This document shows positions 1 through 12,954 of a stretch of 64,000 nt of DNA, piece by piece. The translations under genes and the position numbers were made by a program. The notes under the pieces were generated by a model, which made no database searches, was not told the DNA's origin, and saw nothing but the letters and a program-made list of their open reading frames with translations. The stretch comes from Paraspadella gotoi (Eukaryota > Animalia > Chaetognatha): NCBI GenBank assembly GCA_051294375.1, contig CM119268.1, forward strand, positions 9,990,370 through 10,054,369. Direction: 5' to 3'. Each line of letters opens with the position of its first letter. The first letter of the stretch is position 1.

Positions 1-277
1 ATTAAAAAAAACTTGCTTAGATCAGAATTTTTCGACTTCACTACGCTGTAGTATAAAACATTATATTTTTCATTTTTTTGTGTTTCAGAAATGGGTTATT
101 TCTATTTTCTTTTTCGGGGTGTCTAGGGAACCATGTAGTAATATAAACAACAGCTGAAAGATGAAGCGCTTGGTCTATATCTTTGTAAAATTCGGCTGTT
201 CCATATAGTTTTTTTAATATTAACGCCGCAATGTAAATATTTTATAAGCGGGTTAATTTTACTTTCGCCGCCCGGGA

Positions 278-362
278 TTAGTGGGGGGGTTAGGGTTGTT
301 TCAGAGTAATTTAGGGTTAGGGGTGATTAGGGTTAAAAGGGTTTAGGGTTAAGGTAATTAGG
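278..362 (+). repeat. Degenerate TTAGGG (telomere-like) repeat patch
   Basis: ttagtgggggggttagggtt...ttagggttagggg...ttagggttaaaagggtttagggttaagg...ttagg; several exact TTAGGG units with irregular spacers. Confidence 0.6.
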
Positions 363-514
363 AAATAATTTTTAAAATTTTTTTTAATTTATAATAAATA
401 TTTTTAAGAGGTTTTTCAAGTCAAAAAATTAGCCTTATAAGCTAACCGTGTGGACAAATCAACAGCCCCGAGGGTGACGACGGCCGGGGAAAATTAAAAT
501 CCGTTTCCTGCCTC

Positions 515-3500
515 ATGACTCACGGATCCGAGGGAGTCGAAGCTCAAGGAAAAGAGAGGCAATCGTCTCTCAGTAACTTTTTCGAAATGGAGTCGGCCGA
601 CGATACGATGGACGCGATGTTGGCGCCACCCGAACAATTCGCCACTCGTAAGACATATATAGTATATACGTATTGTGCATAATTATCCGAAATAATTTAG
701 ACATTTAACATTTTTGTCCACCATTCCCTCAAAGCTGACATCGCAAGCGGCGTCATTGATACTCCGCACGCAAAGGAAAAGATCACTGCTAGTCACGTAG
801 GGTCATCGTCTCCGGAAATTTTAGAACAGATGACCAGCCCCGGATTAAGCTCCGGTAATCTCAATGCATTTTCAAATAATTGAAAACAGCATGGCTAATT
901 ATCTAATACCTATACATGGTTAAAATTATTATAAAATACTGCATCAGCTGCTCGAGTTATGCTGTTAAATCCGGCAGAATCGTCATTCCTCGCCACAGAA
1001 TCGACTCTTCACGAATCTTGGATTCCTTCGGAAAAAACTAAAATTTGCCTCGTCAATCTTAACACGGCGCCGCCAGGTTGAAATTTAACTCATTTTTACA
1101 AAGTATTAATAATCAATCACGATCTTGGTATTTAATTATATCTGGACTAGGTACATACTATCCCGAAGTCGATCAAGTCACGATGCCCGGAGTACTTTTG
1201 GAAGAATCTCTAGGGGATCCCGTCAAAGAGCTTGTCAATCGATTTTATGGTCCCCAAGAAGCGTCAAAAAGAAAAGTAATTTATATTACCAAAAATATTA
1301 GTAAACTAAAAGAGCTTAAGTTTTTAACCATTTTTTTTACGTCAAAATTTTTAGACCTACTACGAATTTCATCTTTATTATTTTCCACCCTAATTTTTCA
1401 TAAATTTCGGTCCAATGGGAATTTAAGTTATCTGTCGTCCGTCCCATTTACATTTCATTGAAAGATCCTCAATACGAGCGCGGTGCCTCAGGACGAAACG
1501 GGTCTTCGTCAACTCATAGCGGCGGAATGCTATCGATCAGCAGTGGACTTAACCGGACGTCTACTTATTAACGCCGGACAGGGCCCAGGGAGGCTGGGAC
1601 AACCCTCGAGACACACGCCAATTTCGCTCCAGGTGAAGCTAGTTAGCTAAAACAGACATAATTTTTGCCAGTTTTTATCAGTATCTTTCTTCCTTATTTT
1701 CGTTTCTTAAAGCGAACATAAAAAATATTACATCTTTAAATCTACTGGATATGTCAAAAAAACCAATGACCAAAATACAAAAAATAATGAGGACATGGAA
1801 AAAATAAGAATAACAACCCAACAAGAAATAAATACTAAGACAAGCTAATATAAATCGGAATACAGATCAAAAGAAAACATTTTTTTCTTTGGTGTTGATT
1901 GGTTAGTAAGCAAGTTGATAGTTGATACGCCATCACAATCAAGTTTCCTTGCTTTTTCGAGAGGAAATTCTAGGCCAAAATCCGGGCAATGAAAATCTTG
2001 CTCTAATTCGAAAGCCAATCCGTCTTCTTACTCCAAACCGCACCCCGCAACCCATCCGGAATCCGATCCGTAATCTTGACCTTTTCGGAAGGGAAAAACT
2101 TTCCAACATGATTGGGACTCAATTCGTTTTCGAAACTGTGGTGTCGGAAGAGGTCGATCTTTTAGGGTCGATTTCAATAGACCTAAGGCGATTTCGTAAC
2201 CACTTGGGGGACCTGTGAATCGATCGAAAAAACCAATTGGAAGTATAAAATTAACAATTTATTACAAGTACCAACTTTTTATAACCTGAACCACCAAGTC
2301 TTAGGGTTAAACTCTCCGATAATCCTCGGAATTCCCGAGATGCCGGATGACGGATAAATAAGATGAAAATGAAGGTGAGACACGGAAATAAAAGGTGGCC
2401 AGTGAAATCCGACGCGAAGTTCAGATTCCAAATCCGAAGGCTGGAAAAAAAAGTAAGACAAAAGCTTAAGAGATCGATTGAATTTCTAACAAATAGACCC
2501 AATCTGAAAAAAAGATATATCTTAATTACGAGTACCTTTTCTCCTCGCGTCTCCTCTATGAGCTTCTCCAACGTAGACTTTCCGACTCGAACCAACTCGT
2601 CGATGAGATCAATGTGTGTTCGATTTAGACACTTGGCGTGAGCGTAATGTTCCTAAAATTTTATGGATCAAAGCATAAAGATCTTAACTCTTTCTATCAA
2701 TCATTGATTCGCCCGCAATCACCTTCGGAATGGCCAAAAGATGAAAGTCTGCGGCGGGACGGATGTCCTTGAAGACAGCTACGTTCGGAGTTTCTGCAAG
2801 GACATGGGTTTTCTCGTCTTTGCCAGAGACGATTTTGCAAAAAATGCAATCCGCGCTGCTGCGGAATAACGGCATTTCTGTCTCTCTGGCATTATGTTTT
2901 AAAACTGTAAAAAATACGTATAATGAAGTCATGGAGAAAAACAGCCCTTTTCTACTCTACGATAATGCGATTCACAGTCACAAATATGCATAATAAATAA
3001 GCTTATTTAAAATTCAAGCAGTTTCCCTTTTCGCGGTTTTAGCGACAATCCTTGCACCCCTCTTCGTCCACTCTTGCCAGGATCCGTCGAAAAGGGAAGT
3101 GGTGACGCTTACACCCTTGGCCTCGGCAGCCGCGTGCGCCGCCAAGCAGACACCACACGCAGTCACTCCCGTATGGCAATGCGCCGCAAACTTGAAACCC
3201 TCTTTGCGCAGGTCCACCCCGACCTTAGCGAAGAGCTTCGAAACCTGGTCGGAAGTCTAAAGGGAAAGATAATCATGAGACACACAGGAGGAACCGAAAT
3301 AAAGCATCGTGGAACTCGCCTTCATTATTCCGCGAGTTTCGTCCAGGAGCGACGCGTAGTGGAGATTCAATGCCGTTTCGATATGCCCCTCCTCATATTT
3401 CTCAGGAGATCTGGCGTCGATTATTTTCATGCCTCCGCTACTTGTGCCGCCACGGGCGATGGTGTCTTGAATATGGTCGAATCTCCTGTGCAGCAAGGGT

Positions 3501-6500
3501 TTATACTTGGCTCGAAAAGCTCCGGCGGGACGAGGGCGTTTGGGGACAGGGTGCTCGGCCAGCGAGACAATCGGCCGTCCCTCGGAGCGCCACTTGGCCA
3601 GTCCTCCGTCGAGCACGCGAACGGCGTTATGACCGAAAACCCGAAAGAGCCACCAGACGCGCGGCGCCGAGTATAAGCCGCAGCAGCCAGGGACAGCATC
3701 GTAGGCTATTACTTCCGTCGCATCGCCTGATGAAGATTTTAAATCCATATTAATCTTATCAAAGAACGTAATATAAGGCGGGAGAGTATAAATTTACCGA
3801 TGCCAAGATGGTTAACATAGTCTTCGAAGAGTTCAGGAGTGGGCATCGTTCTAATCAGTCCCGACTTTACATCTGCGCATTCGTTGATATCAAAATAAAC
3901 GGCACCAGGTATGTGGGCGTTGAGATACTGGGACGCTGGATCGTCTATTTTTATTGTTGCATCACAAACTTTTAAAGGCTCGACTCCAGACAATTCTACG
4001 GCGGCTGCGGCTGCAGCCGCTGCCGCGGCAACCGCGGGATATTCCGAAAGGCTCGGCGCCGGTTTGGGCGCCGAAACAGGCGGAGTCGAAAGGCCAGAGG
4101 GGCCATCCAAAAGTCTCAGTGCTACTAGTCTTTCATGGAGTTGAATAGCCGAGATCAGTGATCGAATCATTAGTTCATTTGAGATTTTGATCTTTTTAAT
4201 TAATGAACAAAAAAAATTTAAACAGTATTGCAAATCATACTTAAAGTAAATGTAGCAACATTTCCACTGTCACTGTGTTTATCGGATCATTTTCCACGCC
4301 ACGCATCACTTTTTGATTCAACATGGGTCCTAGCTCCCGGAGCTACTTTTGCAAGGCATTCATACCGCGGCCTTTGTTTCGGGTCCCATGCTCCCGTCTT
4401 CAAACCCTGGTTCTTTCCCGTCATCCACTATCCGTTCTCGCTTCGTCAGAGGCCGCAGCATTTCGAGATCGCGAATGGAGCCATCGTAAACTGCGGCGCT
4501 AGCTCGAGATCCCGTCTTTTCCGCTACCACCTTGGCCGCCAGGACCAGACTGCAGGCTGTGACACTGTTGTTGGAGACGGCAATTAGTTGAAGATCGTCG
4601 CGACTTAAATCGATGCCAACTCGAGAAAAAATCGCAGAGATCTCCTCCACCGACTACGGGACGGAAGGAAAAAAAAATCGAATAAACTATTTTTTTTATC
4701 ATTTCTTCAAGCACAACCTTCATCACTCTTTTCTCCATATTCAAAAGCGATACCCCGGGAATGTTGACATCAACTACTCCCGGCTCCTGCTTAAAGGCCT
4801 GCTCAAACCGCGTGTCAACGACCAAGGCATCGACTCGACGCTCAATGATGTCTCGCATTTCAGAAAAGGTTTTGTGAATTCGGCGACGGTAGGAGGCGCG
4901 AAACTGCGGCCGCCCGTGTTGATAGCGTCTTCCTGCTTCAGGGGTGTCCGTTTCGAGCGCCGACGAGACCGGAAGGCCGAGGCGACGCCATTGATCAAAT
5001 CCGCCGTCCAGGACGCTGACGGCGTCGTGGCCAAAAACACGAAAAAGCCACCAAAGGCACGGGGCGGAGTAGAGGCCGCAAAATCCGGGGACGTCGTCGT
5101 AAACGATCACTTCAGTGTCGGCGCCTTTTAAGGCCAAATCAGAGGGAAACAGACTTGTAAAAAATCACGAAGCGAGACAATCATCCTTCGCCACTGCCAC
5201 CTATTCCGAGGTGATTGGCGTATTCTTCAAAAAGCGAAGGAGAGGGAAGGGAAATGGACCCTTCCATTCCGCGACCCGAGCAGGCGTGGAGGTCGAAAAA
5301 TACGGCGCCCGGTAAGCGGTGTTGACGGAACGAGGCGACGGTGCCTGGTCGCGCCAGGGTCGCATCGACGACACGCGGTAAAAGATAGTCGGCGTCGATT
5401 GATTGTAACAAACTGGAGCAAGACGGGGGCCTTTCGGAAACGGATATTATGTTGGACAAAACTAATCGGTTGAATACATATTCGACATTAACTAAAGATC
5501 GTACAGACATAGTACCTTTCCTGGTTAGTTGGCATTAAAAGGACTGAAATCAAATATCGAATATAATAATTGAGGTAAAACTTTATTAAAGTAAATAAAA
5601 CCAGGATGGATATGAATAAAACACGCGCATCACAGAATAATATAAAACATATCACAGAATTTCGGAAGATGAACAACATTTATTTGCACTTCACTGATCC
5701 AAATATCCAAAGACTCTTCTCAATTTTTCCTTTTTGTTTCTGTTGTTGTGCTTTTTCCAAGGTTTTCCCGGCTCGTCTCCCGACACCGTTGCGTTGGTTC
5801 TTTTTCCGCGCGTTCCGAATCCCGTCCGACACTCCTCGAAGAACTCTCGGTCGAGTTCGTCGACTTCTCCGTTCAGCGGCTTCTTTTTCGCCCTCAGGAG
5901 CGTCGAGTCGACAAGGGATTTAGAGGTCAACCATTCCGGCGCCTCTTCGAAGTCGGCAGCTTCGACTCCTGGAGGAGGGTGACAGTAGAGGAGTTTGCCG
6001 TTGACGTGATCCTTGAGGACGATCCGAGCAGTCTTTGGGCAGTCGGGACGACCTTACGAAGGTTATGGTTTTAGAAAACACGTCCGATTTACTCAAAACT
6101 TCCACGGTCTCACCTTGAGACGTCATGAATCCCCTAAGAGTTCCGTATACCGAGAGAAACTCTTCCGCGGTCGGCGAACGGTCTTCGTCTTCTCCCTCAC
6201 GCGGTGGCGGAATACGGACGCCATAAAAACTCTGCAACGCGTCTCGCGAGATGCGCGTGCAAAGTAAATTAACAGGCGAGACATGGTCTCTGATTTAAAA
6301 AAAAAAAAAAAAATAGAGAGGGAAAAGGGAAAAAAAAACATTTCTTCGAAAATATCTTACCTTAACTGGTCGACCGGCAGTATTCCGCTGAGCACAAGTT
6401 CCTCTTTTGAGGTGACGAAGGAGGGAAAGACTAGTCCGGGACAATCGCACAACAACAAAGAGGAGTCGACGTAGATAGTCTTATTATTAAAGAAAAGTTT

Positions 6501-9500
6501 AATTTATCAATTAAAACGTAGATAAAAGCTCAAATCGAACTTGTTTCTGAGCCTCAACAAGAAAAATACCTGAAAATGTTTGGTCTTTCCCGGCGTCGCT
6601 GAAACGGCCACCTTTTTGCTCCGCAAAATGGCGTTGATGGTGGAGCTCTTACCGACGTTAGGGTAACCGACCAAGCCAACAGTCGTTACTCCTTCTATCA
6701 TCGTTTCCCCGACGTAAACGCTCTTGATGAAGGCCAGGAGTTGCTCAATGTCGACGAGATCATCGACGTCCACGAGACTATCCTTGCCGACCTCATCATC
6801 TTCATCGTGCACCTCTTCGTCTTCCAACGGTACTGCATCACCTCGGCGACTTTCATGGAAACGCTCGTTTTCGATTATCTCGATTCCTGCCACTCCGCGT
6901 CCAACGCCCTCGATAACGAAATCGATCGTCGACGAGCTCCGTGGACGAGAGTCGGTCAGTTGAGCGTCGTCATCGTCGTAGTCCTCGTCGCTCATTTCTT
7001 CCTCGGTTTCCCACTCGTCGGAAGAATACTCTTCCTCCGCGTCTTCTTGAATCTCATCGCCTTTATCATTTTTGAGTTGTTCGAAATCCCCGCACTCGAC
7101 CTTCTCCGACTCGGTCAACGCCGACCAAAACACGACTTTCATGCCTTTTGCTTTGAAATAATCAGCCCAGATACGTCGTTGTCTTTGCGTTAACAGATCG
7201 GATTTGTTGACCAGAACGAGGCAGATTTTGTTGGGGTTGGTTTCGCGAACGTAAGTCTCAAGATCCGGGCAGTAAAAAAGAAGAGGATTGCGAGCGTCGA
7301 CAATTTGAACCTGGAAATGAATTACATAATTGAATTAAATAAATGAATTGAAATAAGACCAAAAAAAGATGAAATTTTTAAAAATTAAAAAAATCACAAT
7401 ATTCTGTTACTCACGAGAACGTCGCTCCTCTCCACGACCCTCCACAACTGGCGCCACAGTTCCAAGTTTTTTTCGAACGGTGTGACAATAACGTCCTCAT
7501 CCTCCTGCAGCGCCGACAGCTCCCGGCGCCACTTAACGAAGGCGTCGCGCTCGGCAAGTTCCAGCTCCTGTGGCGTCGTTTTCTCGTCCCAATGAGGACG
7601 TCGAGGAACTCTGACGTCAACGAGGAGAAAAATGAAAATCTAACGACCTAGAAAAGGTAATCATTTTTATCTTGACTCCTTTCCTCACTTTAAAAATTCT
7701 TTCTTCTTCTCTTGAACTTTCCTTCTCCTTTCCACGTCGGAGCGAGCGAGTACCCCGACGCTTTTCGGGTCAATGACGCGGACGTTAGCGTCGCGCTGCG
7801 CGGTAAAGTCCTGTCCCGCCAATTCGGCCGTTGACAAGAATTCCATGAGCGCGCTCTGTAGAAAAGATGTTGCGTGTTAAGAATTAAGTAACCTCCGTCG
7901 TCTTTCAAAATAAAACCTGTTCCGTGCAAGACTTGAGTTTTTCCAATCGGGCGTCGTATCCGGGGTAGGGTACGTCGTTCATTTCCGTCGTGTGAAGCCA
8001 TGAGTCTTTCTTGGGAACGCGTCTCTTGTGCGATTTAAGGTGATCTTTAATCAGCGTCGTTCCTACTGATCGTTCCTTCTTTTTACCCATATTTTTAAAG
8101 AGACTATAATCTCAAGACGCTAAAGGGAAGAAAAGTACTCTTTGAAAACTGTAGTTCTGGTAATTTTAACGATAGTAAACATGAATTTATCGTCTCGAAC
8201 TGATATTAATATCGAAACAGGGTGAAATACGCAAATCAGCCGCCATCGATAAAAAAGAATTTAGCTCCAAGAAGCGAAATGAAAACGATTCTCGAAAGTT
8301 CGTCAGGGAGAATGAGAGATGGAGGGGTAACACTCAAGCCTTGGCGATCTGCGCCGAGATGCGATCCATATCTCGCCGACCCTGCGACGTAAGCTTCCGC
8401 CCTCCGTTGGGGTCCTTTTCTACCAACTTCATCTCCTCCAAAGCCTGATGGAGAGAAGGGAAGGATAAAATCCATACTACTCGAACAGTCTCGAACAATA
8501 TCGACTATCGAGGCTTTTTTAGTACCTGCAGAATCCTGCGGGCGATAGATTGAGAGCCACGAACGAAGTGGGCGGGGCACGAACCATTACGCTTCCGGGA
8601 GCCGTAGATCTTAGTGAAGGAGCCGACGCCTGCCGGGGACCGGATGTAAAGATGGCGCGCGACGGATGCCGCACGGATATAAAACCTATAAGAATAAGAA
8701 GTAAGGTTATCCACCAAAAAAATAATGGAAATTTCATAAATAACTTACCAATCTGGATTCACAGGTCCTTGCTCGTTATACTTGGCTAGCTTAACAAGGT
8801 CGGCCCATTCCGGTACATTCATTTTTCCGGACTTTTTCAGAAAATCCGAAAAAGCCGCGACGAACTTTTGCTGATTCACATCCTTCACGCTCGACATTTC
8901 GAAAAATTATTTAATTCTAAACCGTTTTAAGAATCTGTAAGACGAAAAAAAAATCTGAAAATATTTTTTTTTAACATAGAAATATCACCGTAGAACAAAA
9001 AATAACGAATAATAGATTAGAATCAGAGAAAGTTTAAATAAAATGCTTATTAAAATGATCTTGTTTTTACAGCTGTGGTTGACGCGAGCAAGCTTGTTAA
9101 TGAAACTCCACATGTTCACCGCCGCGGAGGCAGAATTGGAAGCCTTCGGCAACTTCGACCGAGCTGACCTCTACTATTCCTACTACCCGAGCGAGACTTA
9201 CCCAAACAAATGGGGTTCGCTGGTGAGTCGCTTCTTCTGATTCGATATTCATGAAAGGCAAAACAGCTGTAAATTCTTTTGTTTACAGGTGCCGTTTGGG
9301 CTGAGAGTAATTTGGGCCGAACTACCGACTCACACTGGAAAGCCTCAAGAAGCTCTTGACCGATTGTTCTACCTCCAAACCATCGTCAAAAAGGTATATA
9401 TCCGCATTGCATTGCAAGATTGAATCTTTAAGCTAGACCAAACGGGGGGGGGGGAATTCTTAAAAATTTCAGATGCTCGTCAATTTGGACGCCGGTCTCA

Positions 9501-10396
9501 ACCCGGACGGTTCTCCCACTCAGCTCTCAGTGGCCGGCGCGACGACGGCCGCTGCCTTGTGGCATCGTCGCCGCCTCCGCCTCCTTTACGCCGTCGCCAA
9601 CGTTTTCTGCCAAATAAAAGACTTCGGATCCGCAGTGAAAATCTACGCGGAAATAGGGGAGGAGGAAGAGGAGCCGAATAGGAAGAGGACAGTTTTATCC
9701 TGCGTGGGCAGACTGCTGCTCCAGGTGAGTCAAGGGCCAAAACTGAATAGAATGATCTCATGGCATTTTTTGTTGTTTTTGACACAAATATCTTTCTCCG
9801 CAGCTGGGTGACATCAAAGCGTCACAAGAATATTTCGATAAAGTTGGCGCCTTGGTTAGCGATGAAAGCGAGAATAACATCACAGAGATGATGAATGGGT
9901 AAAAATTCATTATTGATTTATGTATCATTTGGTGGTAAAAAAAAGTTTTCGTACTGCAATTTCTTTTTAATTTTTTTATTAACAGCGCATTCGTCAGTAT
10001 CGGAAAAGGACAATTCAACGAAGCACTTAAAACCTTTAACGAGATTTTGGCCATCGAGCCCACCAACTCATTAGTACGTTTATTGGTTTAGATGTTTCTC
10101 CCCATTCGTTTCGGGAGATAATCGTAAATTTTATTTCTGTAATTCGCATTAAGGCCAAGAACAACGCGGCGGTATGTCTCATTTACTTGGGTCGTTTACG
10201 CGAGGCGCTGTCCATGCTCGAAACTCTCGTACGTAATTTCCCGGAAATCAACCTCCAAGACGGCGTGGTATTTAACCTGGCGACGCTTTACGAGCTGGAA
10301 TCGTCGAAAGCGACCGAGAAGAAAAAAGGCATCCTGGATTTGGTGTCTGTCACCAAGGGGGACGGGTTCAACCCCCAATGTTTGAAAATGACATGA
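515..10396 (+). CDS. TRAPPC12: Trafficking protein particle complex subunit 12 (TRAPPC12/TTC15), multi-exon
   Basis: Spliced exons 515-647, 735-854, 948-1076, 1151-1275, 1465-1632, then 9073 onward to the stop at 10396. Peptides [51 protein letters not shown]|[23 protein letters not shown] and [31 protein letters not shown] match TRAPPC12. A GT..AG intron at 1633-9072 joins SLQ|LW in frame. Start codon is less certain. Confidence 0.92.
2119..2875 (-). CDS. HINT3: Histidine triad nucleotide-binding protein 3-like (4 exons)
   Basis: [24 protein letters not shown]|[22 protein letters not shown] (HIT motif and the HINT3-type GFHxPPF) ..WWFRSPKWL; canonical GT-AG introns. Confidence 0.88.
3014..4170 (-). 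CDS. Thiosulfate/3-mercaptopyruvate sulfurtransferase (tandem rhodanese domains), copy 1
   Basis: [67 protein letters not shown], active-site loop [16 protein letters not shown]. Confidence 0.88.
4360..5510 (-). CDS. Rhodanese/MPST-like paralog, copy 2 (catalytic Cys replaced by Ser)
   Basis: [49 protein letters not shown]; the active-site loop reads SNNSVTA; YDGS present. Confidence 0.82.
5691..8090 (-). CDS. LSG1: Large subunit GTPase 1 (60S ribosome export GTPase)
   Basis: [95 protein letters not shown]-terminal [17 protein letters not shown]. Confidence 0.95.
8334..8897 (-). CDS. RPS19: 40S ribosomal protein S19 (eS19), 3 coding exons
   Basis: [38 protein letters not shown]|[36 protein letters not shown]|[33 protein letters not shown]. 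Confidence 0.96.
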
Positions 10397-10523
10397 CATG
10401 CCGATTTAAACTTCACAAATAAAATCCATATGTTCCGATTACTTTGCGTTAGTGAAATAACTGGACCGATAAAAAAATAACTAAGGAATCGTAAGGATAG
10501 TCGATAGTTTTCTTTTTGGTCAA

Positions 10524-12687
10524 TTATTTTCCGCGTTCTCGTTCTTCGGGTGGAAGATAGGGAATCCCTAAATGCTCGAAGACGCTTTGCTCTGTCGGCG
10601 TCTCGAGCGGGGTACCACCGTGAATTTTTACCCCTTGATCTCTGACGACACCCACGTTCAGCGAATGTTCTGTCAACGACATTCCCTTTTTGATGGCGAG
10701 GGCTCTCATTGATCGGTTGAAGATCGCACTAAAGGATATATTTTTAATCTTTGCTATTTAAAATTTCTGGAGAAAATTGTGAGGAAACAGTGGCTAATAA
10801 AAACAACGGTTATGCGGCTTACCTTCCGGTAAAATATAGTCTGGCGCAAGCCCACTCATGAAATGGAACGACAATGATGTCAATTCTTCGGTGTTTTCTG
10901 TCCGGTTGAGCTTCTATGGGCGGAAGCCGACAAACACCGAGGTACTTTTTTTGGTTCCCGTTAGTTTCGTCGCTGACGAGGTCGTCAGTTAGAAAACCAG
11001 TGTCCTTCAATCGATGCAATAGTCTCGAAAAAACTCCTTTGTTTTTAAAACCAAAAGTAAAGAATATGACAATCAGTGTACGGTAAAGAATGACTACAAT
11101 TCCGACTCACTTGCTTAGACTTACCAACATGCGAGCTACCGTCTGGGTGAGTGATAAGAATGTCAATATCGCCGCAAGTATCACGTTTTCTCCTAAATTT
11201 GTTGAAAGACCACTTGTGAATATCGTATGTACTTTTTACTGACCCAAGTGGGTTTTATTACCCTAACCTGAAAGATCCGCAACCTTCGACGATGAGACCT
11301 TCCTGGATGAAAATAGCTACCTCTTTCACGATCTGCTCTATCTCACTGGCTTCGCTCCAGGGCATTCTCGATTCGAGGTCATCGAAATGCTTCAAACCAA
11401 TTTGCTGTTGCCGAGTCAATTTAGCCTTTAGCCTAAAGTAGGTTATTTTTAAACCAAAAGCTCGTAAATTAGAAAAAAATAAATTACACAGACTTTACTA
11501 ACCGGATATCTTCTAAACTTTTGCATCCCGAATTGTAAAATGCCTCCGCATGAGTAGGACCTACACCCCAAATCCTAGAATTTACACGTGATGGGAAATT
11601 GAACATCAGATTAGCCAAGAAGCTCCCAATATCAAGCTGACCTCGTGAAGAGTTCTATGGTTTGGATCTTTTCATCTCCCTTTAAAGACTCAAGTTTTCG
11701 CAATTTTCCCGACTCGATGATCTCAGCGATTTTTTCCGCGATACTGACTCCAACGCCTAAGAACCGAAGTTGTATCTTGTTCACTTGAAATTCAGAAAAC
11801 AGCAGCAAAGACATTCCTCACCTGTTAATGCGACTGCTTCGGCATATGAGGTAATTTCGTTTGGACTGTTTTTAAGTGCTGTAATTTTAAACGAAAAAGG
11901 ATTCTGAGTTTACTCGAATTAAAAGAGCTTAAGAGACGGTTCATTTACCCGTAATGGCTTTTCTATAACTCAACGCCCGCCACTGATCCTTAGTGCTTTT
12001 GTAGACGTCGCACATCTCCTCCAGTTTCGAGATGACGAAGTCGTTTTTATTTTCGCCTCGCGGTTTTGATGGGAGGCAAACCCAATTTCCTCGCGGTAAG
12101 ATAGGCTGCGTGGCGTTGGATGAAGCGTCGTCGAGAGACGACTCCGATGCTTCCGTCTTATCTTTCGAGACAGCTTCGTTTTCAATCCGTTCTTCTGCGA
12201 CCAAAGAAAATTTAGGAATTTTGGGAGGCGGCGCCTGATCAAACTGGGCAGAGGTTTTTATTGGCGTCGATGGCATAATCGCCGTTTGTAATTGTCTCGG
12301 GGGCGTCGTCAGCGCCGACAATGTATCGTGCGGGTCCCAACCGGAGATTCTGTATTCTTTCCTATCGATAGCCCGACGGCTTCGCAAAGAGTGGCTCAAC
12401 CACTTTGTCGATACTATCTCGAATTCCAACTGATGAAAAGTACTAAAGAGATTCGACCGCCTATTGACGATCTTCTTGACGTCCTCAAAAGTCAGCGAGT
12501 CTTCAACTATCAAAATATTTTTTTTGTCGACGGACTTCGTTTCAACGAAGGTGGCTAAATCCTCGCAAACGGAGGCTCCGTTCCTCGACGCCTGCTTCTT
12601 GAGGAGATCTAACCTCCCCTTTCCAATTCCCGATTTCAAAAAGTGGAGATCGAAAGCGGAAAAAATGTTTTTCATAGGTAGGGACAT
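10524..12687 (-). CDS. POLL: DNA polymerase lambda (BRCT plus Pol X domain)
   Basis: N-terminal BRCT ([21 protein letters not shown]), [76 protein letters not shown]. Confidence 0.93.
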
Positions 12688-12954
12688 TGTCAGCCTGGGT
12701 AGCGTAGTCGATGCGGCTTGAAACGGTCTGACCAGAAGTCGAAATATAAATCACAGAAGACGCAATATACGAGCGCGGAGCGCTATGTTATATATGAGGA
12801 TGAAACTACTCTAATATGCCTTCGTACAAGAGGGAAAAAAATCAATAAAACTTGGCAACTATGAAAGTCATTTTTAGCACGGCTTAAAAACCGAGAAAAA
12901 TCTCCCAGTGAGTCAAATTCACAACTACTTCGGAACAAAATGCCGTGAGTGCAA

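Noticed and set aside
3074-3676. 200-aa plus-strand ORF, and similar ones at 4613-5131, 24147-25595, 27708-28334 and 62794-63227
   Set aside because: Antisense shadows of GC-rich minus-strand exons with no recognisable motifs.
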